The notes beneath the pieces are model-generated. The model was not told the DNA's origin, made no database searches, and saw only the letters and a list, made by a program, of their open reading frames with translations. A DNA stretch of 64,000 bases from an uncultured Flavobacteriales bacterium (GTDB taxonomy: Bacteria; Bacteroidota; Bacteroidia; Flavobacteriales; BACL11): positions 8,993-72,992 of the forward strand of contig CAJXYM010000007.1 of the NCBI GenBank assembly GCA_913063045.1. Reading direction: 5' to 3'. The position numbers and the translations under genes are program-made. This document shows, one piece after another, positions 54,512 to 62,678 of the stretch. Position 1 is the first letter of the stretch. Each line of letters begins with the position of its first letter.

Positions 54512-55968
54512 TAGAATTGAAAGTATATAAAGTTATTTACTGATGAGTGAGGAGCAAGAAATAATATGCCATAAATCAGAATATAGTAAAGCGACCATCT
54601 CATCCATATTGGTTTTGTTTGTAATTTTGTCCACAAATTATCTGATCTTTCATAGATGCTATAGCCTACAAGTAAAACTATTAGAAAAGTACATTTTAAC
54701 AAGTCATTGAAATAGATTCCAATACCCCTAAATTGCATTCCTATGTTATTGTATTCATTTAAATCATTGAACATGTGTTTAATTACGTAAATAGCGTCAT
54801 CTAAATTATTTGCTCTAAAGAAAATCCAAGCAAAAGATACTAGAGAAAACGTGATAATAATATTTAGGAAACTATTTAATTTTGGACTGATATTAGTTAT
54901 TATCTTAGATATGTTTTGTTTGGGAGTATTTAATACGAGTGCACTTACTAAATACGTGCCATGTAATGCACCCCAAATGATAAAAGTCCAATTTGCACCG
55001 TGCCATAGACCACTTAGTAAAAAGGTGATAATTATATTATAGTACCACTTCCACTTAACTACTCTATTGCCGCCTAGCGGTATATACAAATAATCCTTAA
55101 ACCAAGAAGATAGAGTAATATGCCATCTTTGCCAAAACTCTTGAATAGATTTTGAAAAATAGGGTCTCTTGAAATTCTCTCTTAATTCAAATCCCATTAT
55201 TCTAGCTGAGCCAATTGCAATATCTGAATAGCCAGAAAAATCACAGTAAATTTGAAATGTAAAAAAGATAGTTGCAACTATTAGTGTGATCCCCGAGTAG
55301 CTCTCTAAATTATTATAGACACCATCTACTAAAAGTGCTAGATTATCAGCAATAACTATTTTCTTAAAGAACCCCCAAAGCATTTTTTGTAATCCCGATT
55401 TAATTCTATTATATTCAAATTTATGCTCTTTGAAAAATTGAGGTAATAAATGATTAGATCTTTCTATAGGTCCGGCTACAAGTTGGGGAAAGAATGAAAC
55501 ATAAACGGCAAATACTCCTAAATGCTTTTGTGCCGGTGTCTTATTATTATAAACATCAATTGTATAGCTTAAAGTTTGGAAAGTATAAAATGATATCCCT
55601 ACAGGAAGGAGCACATTGAAAAAAGGGATGTCATAGAATATGTTGTATTGATTAAATAATAACTGAAAGTTTTCACTAAAAAAATTAAAGTATTTAAAGC
55701 CAAATAAAATCCCGAGGTTACTAAAAAGACTAATTATTAGCCATTTTTTTCTTTTTTCTTTGATTTTAATTTTAGACATTCTATTTGAACATATAAAATC
55801 AATTAAAGTAGAAAGCATTATTAAAATAATATAATCTACTTTCCAGCACATATAAAAATAATAGCTTGCAATTAAAAGTAAACACCATCTTATTTTATGA
55901 GGAGTAATAAAATATAAGAAAATTACAATTGGAAAAAAAACTATAAAATGTAATGAGTTAAATAACAT
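54511..55968 (-). CDS. MBOAT-family O-acyltransferase (AlgI/DltB-like)
   Basis: Polytopic, 485 aa. Motifs FWQRWHITLSSWFKDYLYIPLGGNR and LSGLWHGANW with the conserved His. Confidence 0.9.
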   Translation of the reverse strand: MLFNSLHFIVFFPIVIFLYFITPHKIRWCLLLIASYYFYMCWKVDYIILIMLSTLIDFICSNRMSKIKIKEKRKKWLIISLFSNLGILFGFKYFNFFSENFQLLFNQYNIFYDIPFFNVLLPVGISFYTFQTLSYTIDVYNNKTPAQKHLGVFAVYVSFFPQLVAGPIERSNHLLPQFFKEHKFEYNRIKSGLQKMLWGFFKKIVIADNLALLVDGVYNNLESYSGITLIVATIFFTFQIYCDFSGYSDIAIGSARIMGFELRENFKRPYFSKSIQEFWQRWHITLSSWFKDYLYIPLGGNRVVKWKWYYNIIITFLLSGLWHGANWTFIIWGALHGTYLVSALVLNTPKQNISKIITNISPKLNSFLNIIITFSLVSFAWIFFRANNLDDAIYVIKHMFNDLNEYNNIGMQFRGIGIYFNDLLKCTFLIVLLVGYSIYERSDNLWTKLQTKPIWMRWSLYYILIYGILFLAPHSSVNNFIYFQF

Positions 55969-55990
55969 TTTTATGAATTGTGAACATAAT

Positions 55991-55998
55991 CAAAGATA
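55991..55998 (-). promoter_or_regulatory. Bacteroidota -7 promoter box (TATCTTTG on the minus strand)
   Basis: Exact TAnnTTTG, 22 nt upstream of the MBOAT ATG at 55968. Confidence 0.3.
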
Positions 55999-56079
55999 CA
56001 TTTCTTAAGACTAATTATAGACAAATATACAAATACAAAATAATCATAAAAAGGTATTATATTTAAAGCTTTTAAAAAA

Positions 56080-57246
56080 ATGAAGATAAAAGTTGCGATA
56101 ATTGATCATTTAGGAGCTCATGGGAGTTCTCATCACTTTTATTTATTTGGACAAGCGATTGGACTTATAAATTCTGGAGTTGATGTGAGTTTATACACAA
56201 ACTCTAAGACGCATGACCCAAAGATTAAGCAATTAAAATTTTTTCAATTTTATAAAGACATATTTTTAAAGCATAATAAATTTCTGTCTGCTATTAGGTA
56301 TTTATCAGGATCAATCTTTTCTCATTTACATGCTAAAAAAAATGGATGTAAAGTTTTTCATTATCATATTTTTGGATTTAGTGTTTTAGTATTGTTTAAT
56401 ATGCTTTTAGCTAAAATTTGTTTTGGAAAAATTGTTTTAACAATTCATGATGTTAGAAGTTTTGCTAATCCAGATTCTTCTAAAATATATACTAAGTTAA
56501 TATATGCATTAACAGATAAGATTCTTACTCATAATAATTATAGTAAGCATGAGATTATAAAATATCATACTGATATAGAGCATAAAATTAATGTTATTCC
56601 TCATGGTAATTATTTGCCATTTATTATAAAACAAGTAAATAAAAAGAAGTCAAGAAAAAAAATTGGTCTCGACACAGATGGCAAGGTTATTTTGTTTTTT
56701 GGTATGATAAAAAAAGTTAAATGCTTAGATTTATTATTAAAAGCAATGCCAGAGGTGATTAAGGAAAATGAGCATATAACTTTACTTATTGCTGGCAAAC
56801 CCTGGAAGGATGATTTCTCTAATTATCAGCAAATAATTGATGAACTCAGTATTGCTAAAAGTTGTGTTTTGCATATTAATTTCATTAATCATGAAGATGT
56901 GGAGCACTATTACTGTGCTTCAGACCTAGTTGTTTTACCATATAGTAAGATTTATCAAAGTGGAGTTTTAATGATGAGTTTAAGTTATGGAAAGCCTGTC
57001 GTTCTATCTGATTTAGAAGCGTTTAAGGAGGTAGTTGAAGATCATAAACATGCGTTTTTCTTTGTATCTGGTAATAAGAAATCGCTGTCTGATGTTATCA
57101 TAAAAGCATTAAATTCTCCTGTTTTATTAGATGAAATTGCCTCAAATGGCCTAGCTTTGATGGAAAATAGTTTTAGCTGGCATAAAATTGGTGCTCAAAC
57201 AAAAGCTGCTTATTTAAAAATCAATTATTTTTACAAAGGAAAATAA
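56080..57246 (+). CDS. GT-B fold glycosyltransferase (GT4-like)
   Basis: 388 aa. C-terminal half shows the GT4 pattern (ILFFGMIKKVKCLDLLL...ASDLVVLPY...SGVLMMSLSYGKPVV). Confidence 0.75.
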   Translation: MKIKVAIIDHLGAHGSSHHFYLFGQAIGLINSGVDVSLYTNSKTHDPKIKQLKFFQFYKDIFLKHNKFLSAIRYLSGSIFSHLHAKKNGCKVFHYHIFGFSVLVLFNMLLAKICFGKIVLTIHDVRSFANPDSSKIYTKLIYALTDKILTHNNYSKHEIIKYHTDIEHKINVIPHGNYLPFIIKQVNKKKSRKKIGLDTDGKVILFFGMIKKVKCLDLLLKAMPEVIKENEHITLLIAGKPWKDDFSNYQQIIDELSIAKSCVLHINFINHEDVEHYYCASDLVVLPYSKIYQSGVLMMSLSYGKPVVLSDLEAFKEVVEDHKHAFFFVSGNKKSLSDVIIKALNSPVLLDEIASNGLALMENSFSWHKIGAQTKAAYLKINYFYKGK

Positions 57247-57822
57247 ATGAAAGATAAAATTTTTAAAATATTTAATGAGTCTGCTGAAAACATCTCTAAT
57301 GTTTCTAAAGATCATTATTTAATCGCTTCGATGGAGAAGGTTGTTGCTCTATCCTCTGAAGCTTTTAATAATAATCAAAGGATTCTCTTTTGTGGAAATG
57401 GAGGTAGTGCTGCTGACGCTCAACATATAGCTGCAGAACTTAGCGGTAGGTTTCTAAAAGAAAGAAAAGCATTATTTGCTGAAGCACTTCATGTTAATTC
57501 ATCTTATCTCACAGCGGTAGCTAATGATTACGGTTTTGAATATACATATTCAAGAATTTTAGAAGCTACAGGTAGAAAAGGAGATGTCCTTATAGGCTTA
57601 TCTACATCAGGAAACTCTTTAAATGTAATTAATGCTCTTAAAAAGGCAAAAGAAATAGGTATGAAAACGATTGGTTTTACTGGCAAAGATGGTGGTAAGA
57701 TGTGTGATGTTTGTGATATTGTTTTCAATATACCTTCTAGCAATACCGCTAGAATTCAAGAAGCTCATATTCTGCTTGGTCATACTCTCTGTCAATTGAT
57801 TGAAGAAAAACTATTTGATTAA
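57247..57822 (+). CDS. gmhA: D-sedoheptulose-7-phosphate isomerase
   Basis: SIS-domain motif LFCGNGGSAADAQHIAAELSGRF, plus GLSTSGNS and QEAH. Confidence 0.88.
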   Translation: MKDKIFKIFNESAENISNVSKDHYLIASMEKVVALSSEAFNNNQRILFCGNGGSAADAQHIAAELSGRFLKERKALFAEALHVNSSYLTAVANDYGFEYTYSRILEATGRKGDVLIGLSTSGNSLNVINALKKAKEIGMKTIGFTGKDGGKMCDVCDIVFNIPSSNTARIQEAHILLGHTLCQLIEEKLFD

Positions 57823-57827
57823 TAAAT

Positions 57828-58313
57828 ATGTATGATACTCTATTTTTAGACAGGGATGGTGTTATAAATTATAAGCTCGAGAATAGATACGTTACTCGAG
57901 CTTCTGAATTTAAATTTATTGTTGGAGCTGAAAATGCAATTAAGAAATTAAGTAAAGTGTTCAATAGAATCTTAATTGTTACTAATCAACAAGGTATTAG
58001 CAAGGGAATTATGTCTGAGAATAATTTAGATACTGTTCATCAATTTATGCAAAATCAATTATCAGGTTCTGAAAAATTTATTGAAAAAATATATTTTTGC
58101 CCACACTTAGCTTCCTATAGTTGTAATTGTCGTAAACCAAATATCGGTATGCTCGAGCAAGCTAAAATTGACTTCCCTTTAATTGATATTTCTAAATCCT
58201 ACTTAGTAGGAGATTCTGATACTGATATTGCGGCTGGTAAGAGATTTGGTCTTAAAACAGTTAAGGTAGATAGTGTTTTTACTCTTGCTCACTGGTCTAA
58301 AAGTATTTTATGA
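57828..58313 (+). CDS. gmhB: D,D-heptose 1,7-bisphosphate phosphatase (HAD-IIIA)
   Basis: Motifs FLDRDGVIN, TNQQGI, Zn-loop CPHLASYSCNCRKP and GDSDTDIAAG. Confidence 0.85.
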   Translation: MYDTLFLDRDGVINYKLENRYVTRASEFKFIVGAENAIKKLSKVFNRILIVTNQQGISKGIMSENNLDTVHQFMQNQLSGSEKFIEKIYFCPHLASYSCNCRKPNIGMLEQAKIDFPLIDISKSYLVGDSDTDIAAGKRFGLKTVKVDSVFTLAHWSKSIL

Positions 58314-59962
58314 TTATTAATAATTTTCTTTTTTATTTTTATAAAAGTAATTTCATATGTAAGTTTCTCTATGCTTTTTTATTTTTTTATTTTTTATCTT
58401 TAAGTTATGCCTTTTCTCAGCATACTAATCTCCCCATGGGAAAGAGTTTTTATAATTTAGTTGATAAAGAAATTCATCATGGTGATAATCACACCGCATT
58501 TAAGCCTCTTATTAAGTCAACAATGGATCTTAATTTAGATTCATTATTATCTCCGATAGTTTTGTTTAAAAGAAATATCTTCAAAAAAAATATTTTTAAT
58601 CGAGATTGGTTGATTATTACTGGAGAAGGTTACAAGATTAAAGCTTCTCCATTATTTAATTTTTCATTAGGATATGAGAGTGAAGAAGAGAAAAATACAT
58701 TTGTAAATACAAGAGGCTTTAGTATCCATGGAGATATTGGCTCTAAAGTTTCTTTTCATACGTCATTTGTTGAGAATCAGGCTATTTTCCCTAACTATAT
58801 TGATTCTCTTATTAGTTCTCCAACGCAAGGACGTGTTGTACCAGGACAAGGTATGGGACGTGTTTATTATGACAAAGGATTTGATTATGCAAAATCCTCT
58901 GGATATGTAGGGGTTAAGGCAACGGAGAATATTTTATTACAGTTTGGACATGGCAAACATTTTATTGGAAATGGCTATCGTTCTTTACTTTTATCAGATA
59001 ATTCATTTAATTATCCTTTTTTAAGAATTCAAACTTCTTTTGGAGATTTTCAGTACTCTAATCTTTACGCTGAGCTTCAAGATCTTAAAAATTATTTGTC
59101 CGCTGATAATAACTATGACTATATGGGATATGCCAAAAAATATATGTCTACTCATTATCTTTCCTATAATATTAATGAAAAATTAAATATAGGATTATTT
59201 GAATCTATTATTTGGAAGACAAACCATGCTTTAGGAGCCACTGGTTTTGATGTAAACTACCTAAATCCTATTATATTTTTTAGACCAGTTGAGTTTTCAA
59301 TTAATTCGCCTGATAACGCTATTCTTGGTCTAAATTGTAAATATAAAACATCAACTAATTCATATGCTTATGGTCAATTAGTTTTTGATGAATTTACAAT
59401 TAATGAATTAAAATCTGATAATGGTTATTGGGCTAATAAATATGGTTATCAGATTGGTTTTAAGGCTTTTGATTTATTAGATGTTCCTAATTTGACTTTT
59501 AATGTAGAAAGAAACCTCGTTAGACCATATACTTATAGTCATTGGAATTCTTCAAATTACGGTCATTATAATGAAGAATTAGCTCATCCTCTTGGAGCAA
59601 ATTTTGCGGAAAATATTCTTTTAATTAAATATCGAAAAGACAGGTTAACATTAGAGTTTAAATATTTGGATATAATCTCTGGAGCTGATTATTTAAATGA
59701 TACTATTTCTTATGGGTCTAATATATACGCTGATTATAATGATAGAAATTCAGATTATGGAATAGAAATGTTTAATGGTAATAAAACAAATATTCATTAT
59801 GCTAAGATAAATTTTGGTTATATATTAAATCCATCAACTAATTTTAAAATTGATTTTTCAATTGTAAAGAGAACGCTTTCCTACGATATCTCCGTCTATA
59901 AAACAATGTTTTATTCCGTCTCCCTAAAGTCTGATTTATTTAACCATTATTATGATTTTTAA
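58310..59962 (+). CDS. Outer-membrane protein, Wzi/RemB-like (capsule-assembly family?)
   Basis: 550 aa, signal peptide, Tyr/Gly/Asn-rich beta-barrel character. Position at the end of the glycan locus. The family call is from memory only. Confidence 0.4.
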   Translation: MIINNFLFYFYKSNFICKFLYAFLFFYFLSLSYAFSQHTNLPMGKSFYNLVDKEIHHGDNHTAFKPLIKSTMDLNLDSLLSPIVLFKRNIFKKNIFNRDWLIITGEGYKIKASPLFNFSLGYESEEEKNTFVNTRGFSIHGDIGSKVSFHTSFVENQAIFPNYIDSLISSPTQGRVVPGQGMGRVYYDKGFDYAKSSGYVGVKATENILLQFGHGKHFIGNGYRSLLLSDNSFNYPFLRIQTSFGDFQYSNLYAELQDLKNYLSADNNYDYMGYAKKYMSTHYLSYNINEKLNIGLFESIIWKTNHALGATGFDVNYLNPIIFFRPVEFSINSPDNAILGLNCKYKTSTNSYAYGQLVFDEFTINELKSDNGYWANKYGYQIGFKAFDLLDVPNLTFNVERNLVRPYTYSHWNSSNYGHYNEELAHPLGANFAENILLIKYRKDRLTLEFKYLDIISGADYLNDTISYGSNIYADYNDRNSDYGIEMFNGNKTNIHYAKINFGYILNPSTNFKIDFSIVKRTLSYDISVYKTMFYSVSLKSDLFNHYYDF

Positions 59963-59967
59963 TTCTC

Positions 59968-60642
59968 ATGCGTGATTTTATTTTAAATATTGAAACTGCC
60001 ACAAAATCCTGTTCTGTTTCGTTGTTTAATGGCGAGCAATTAGTTGGCTTTAAAGAACATATTTCAAAGGAGTTTTCACATTCTGAAATGTTGACGGGGT
60101 ATATTGAAGACCTTTTGAAGGATTCTGACATTCTTTTTAGCCAATTAGTAGCAATAGCTGTAAGTATGGGGCCTGGCTCATTCACTGGCCTGAGGATAGG
60201 GGTTGCTACAGCAAAAGGACTTTGCTATGCATTAAAGATCCCATTAATTAGTGTTTCTACATTACAAGCTATGGCTTTTGGGGTAGCAAAAATTTTTAAG
60301 GCTGATTTATACTGCCCAATGATTGATGCTAGAAGAATGGAGGTTTACTCTGCGTTTTATGATATTAAAAATAAATTAATTAGAGAGATTCGTGCTGATG
60401 TTGTTGATCCAACATCCTATGATAAATTATTATCAGTCCCTATTGTTTTTTTTGGTGATGGCGCTGAGAAATTAAAGAATGTAATAGTTCACAATAACGC
60501 TAGATTTTTAGATGATGTTCATCCCAGTGCCAAAAATTTAGGAGTGTTAGCGTATAAGAAATTTATTAAAAATGATTTTGAGAATATTGCTTATTTTGAG
60601 CCTTATTATCTTAAAGATTTTGTTTCAAATAAGAAAGATTAA
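59968..60642 (+). CDS. tsaB: tRNA t6A biosynthesis protein TsaB
   Basis: Motifs ILNIETATKSCSVSL and AVSMGPGSFTGLRIGVATAKG. 224 aa. Confidence 0.85.
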   Translation: MRDFILNIETATKSCSVSLFNGEQLVGFKEHISKEFSHSEMLTGYIEDLLKDSDILFSQLVAIAVSMGPGSFTGLRIGVATAKGLCYALKIPLISVSTLQAMAFGVAKIFKADLYCPMIDARRMEVYSAFYDIKNKLIREIRADVVDPTSYDKLLSVPIVFFGDGAEKLKNVIVHNNARFLDDVHPSAKNLGVLAYKKFIKNDFENIAYFEPYYLKDFVSNKKD

Positions 60643-62537
60643 CTTCTTTTTCTGCTTCTTTTTTTATCACCAAACCTACTCTTAAATGAACCTTCCTTAG
60701 TAGGTGATTTTTCTCTAGGGCTTCTGCTTTTATTTTCATCTTTACTTCCTTGATTACTTTTAAAGCCTGATTCTTTTCTAGAGTTTTTCTTATCGTAGTT
60801 TCCAGATGATTGCGGAGGTTTAGATATTTCTACTGATACTCTTTCTCCATTCCATTCATTGCCTTCAAAGCTGCTTAACACTTTATCTTCATATTTACTG
60901 TCAACCTCAAAGAAAGAAAAACTTTTTAAAATATCAATTTTTCCAATCGGAATGTCTCGCTCCTTTGTAAATTCATTAACCATACCAATTACATTTTGAG
61001 CTTGTAGTCCTTTTTGATTCCCAAGATTAATAAAGAACCTTGTGTATCCTTCTTCTGCATGATTCTTTCTATTTGAGGACCTCCCACTATCTCTTCTTGA
61101 AGAATCATTATCTCTTCTTGAGGAATTACTATCTCTTCTTGAGGAATCTCTATCTCTTCTTGAGGAATCTCTATCTCTTCTATTTGAGTCTCTGTCTCTG
61201 GATGAAGATTTACTTGGATCAATATTTAGATTCCCTGCATTTTTATAAAATGATAGGAATCTGTTAAATTCGGCGGAAATAAAGTGCTTTAGTAAATCTT
61301 GTTTGTCTAAATGAGCTAGTTTTTCTTCAATAGCTGGTAAGTATTTGTCAATTTGATTACTTACTTTAGTGTTTACTACCTTGTCAACAAGCTTAAGAAG
61401 TTGAATTTCACAAATTTCTTCACCATTAGGAACTTTTTTTAATATTAAATCTCTCTTGAGCATTCTTTCTATTGACTGAAGCTTTCTTTTTTCTCTACTA
61501 TGAGCAATAATTATTGAAACTCCTTTATTACCTGCTCTTCCTGTTCTTCCAGATCTATGTATATAAATCTCATTGTCATCTGGTAGGTTGTAGTTAATTA
61601 CATGAGAAAGTTCGTTAATGTCAATTCCCCTTGCTGCAACATCTGTCGCAATTAAAAGCTTAATGCTTTTTTTTCTAAAACGACCCATCACGTGGTCTCT
61701 TTGAGATTGTGATAGTTCTCCATGAATTGCATCAGCGCTATATCCATCTTGCATCAGTTTGTCTGCAATATCTTTTGTTTCTCTTCTAGTTCTACAGAAA
61801 ACGATGCCATATATATCTGTATTGATATCACATATTCTTCTTAAAGCCTGGTATCTATCTTTCGCATTTACCATGTAGTAATGATGCTCAACATTTTCTG
61901 CGCCCTCATTTCTGCTAGCCACTTCAATTGTTTTGGGGCTAAACATATAGTTTTTAGTTATTCTCATAACTTCTTTGGGCATTGTCGCTGAGAATAATAA
62001 TGTTTGTTTTGTTTCTGGAGTTTCAGCAAGGATAGTGTCTAAATCTTCTTTGAAACCCATATTTAGCATTTCATCAGCTTCATCTAAAACAACCATTTCA
62101 ATATCAGAAAGACGAAGTTTTTTTCTTTTAATAAGATCTATAACTCTTCCTGGTGTTCCTACTACAATTTGTGTTCCCGATGTTAAGGCTCTTATTTGTG
62201 TTTGAATACTTGTTCCACCATATACTGCTGTAATTCTGAGATTTTTGATGTATTTAGCATACGATTCCATGTCCTTTGTTATTTGCAGACAAAGCTCTCT
62301 TGTAGGACATAAAATTATTGCTTGAGGAATTTTTCTGTCAACTTCGATTTTTTCAATTACTGGAAGACCAAATGCAGCTGTTTTACCTGTCCCTGTTTGA
62401 GCAAGTGCAATAAGATCTTTGTCTTCTTCTATTAAATAAGGAATTGTTTCTTTTTGGATAGGGGTAGGTTCAGTAAAACCTAAATCTTTTATCGCTTTTT
62501 GGATCTCATTATTTAATCCTAAATCAGAAAATATCAT
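60639..62537 (-). CDS. DEAD-box ATP-dependent RNA helicase with DbpA-like C-terminal RNA-binding domain
   Basis: Q motif GFTEPTPIQ, then AQTGTGKT, DEAD, SAT, HRSGRTGRAG, and C-terminal YTRFFINLG...IGKIDI...FFEV. Start at ATG 62537; the track TTG at 62555 lies in the -7 box. Confidence 0.9.
   Translation of the reverse strand: MIFSDLGLNNEIQKAIKDLGFTEPTPIQKETIPYLIEEDKDLIALAQTGTGKTAAFGLPVIEKIEVDRKIPQAIILCPTRELCLQITKDMESYAKYIKNLRITAVYGGTSIQTQIRALTSGTQIVVGTPGRVIDLIKRKKLRLSDIEMVVLDEADEMLNMGFKEDLDTILAETPETKQTLLFSATMPKEVMRITKNYMFSPKTIEVASRNEGAENVEHHYYMVNAKDRYQALRRICDINTDIYGIVFCRTRRETKDIADKLMQDGYSADAIHGELSQSQRDHVMGRFRKKSIKLLIATDVAARGIDINELSHVINYNLPDDNEIYIHRSGRTGRAGNKGVSIIIAHSREKRKLQSIERMLKRDLILKKVPNGEEICEIQLLKLVDKVVNTKVSNQIDKYLPAIEEKLAHLDKQDLLKHFISAEFNRFLSFYKNAGNLNIDPSKSSSRDRDSNRRDRDSSRRDRDSSRRDSNSSRRDNDSSRRDSGRSSNRKNHAEEGYTRFFINLGNQKGLQAQNVIGMVNEFTKERDIPIGKIDILKSFSFFEVDSKYEDKVLSSFEGNEWNGERVSVEISKPPQSSGNYDKKNSRKESGFKSNQGSKDENKSRSPREKSPTKEGSFKSRFGDKKRSRKRS
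61088..61192 (-). repeat. Five tandem 21-bp coding repeats (units 3 and 4 identical)
   Basis: Plus-strand unit tatctcttcttgaggaatctc. Each unit encodes heptads of type RDSSRRD in the helicase linker. Confidence 0.9.
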
Positions 62538-62552
62538 ATTAAAAATTTTTTG

Positions 62553-62560
62553 CAAAAATA
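62553..62560 (-). promoter_or_regulatory. Bacteroidota -7 promoter box (TATTTTTG on the minus strand) for the helicase
   Basis: Exact TAnnTTTG, 15 nt upstream of the ATG at 62537. Confidence 0.35.
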
Positions 62561-62652
62561 CACTTTTTTACTCGCGACCTTATTAATTGTTTTTTTATTA
62601 AAAATCTTTGTTTTTTTGGATATAAATTTGGTAAGATTATCTTTTCATTTAT

Positions 62653-62660
62653 TACTTTTG
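62653..62660 (+). promoter_or_regulatory. Bacteroidota -7 promoter box (TACTTTTG) for gcvP
   Basis: Exact TAnnTTTG, 18 nt upstream of the ATG at 62679. A TTTG at 62627-62630 could be the -33 element. Confidence 0.35.
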
Positions 62661-62678
62661 CATATTAAATTTTAAGAG

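Noticed and set aside
61088-61192. Checked whether the regular 21-bp repeats could be a CRISPR-like array
   Set aside because: The units are directly adjacent with no spacers and are in frame within a CDS. No cas genes are present anywhere in the window.
60989-61267. Two ORFs (77 aa on the minus strand, 75 aa on the plus strand) covering the helicase repeat region
   Set aside because: They are off-frame and antisense readings of the 21-bp tandem repeat inside a well-supported DEAD-box helicase CDS. Their repetitive translations are artefacts.
62556-62678. Possible glycine riboswitch upstream of gcvP (and upstream of gcvH at 41142..41186)
   Set aside because: Both leaders are short and extremely AT-rich. 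They lack the conserved GGAGAG...CACCG-type cores and paired-stem potential of glycine riboswitches. They look like plain divergent or simple promoter regions.
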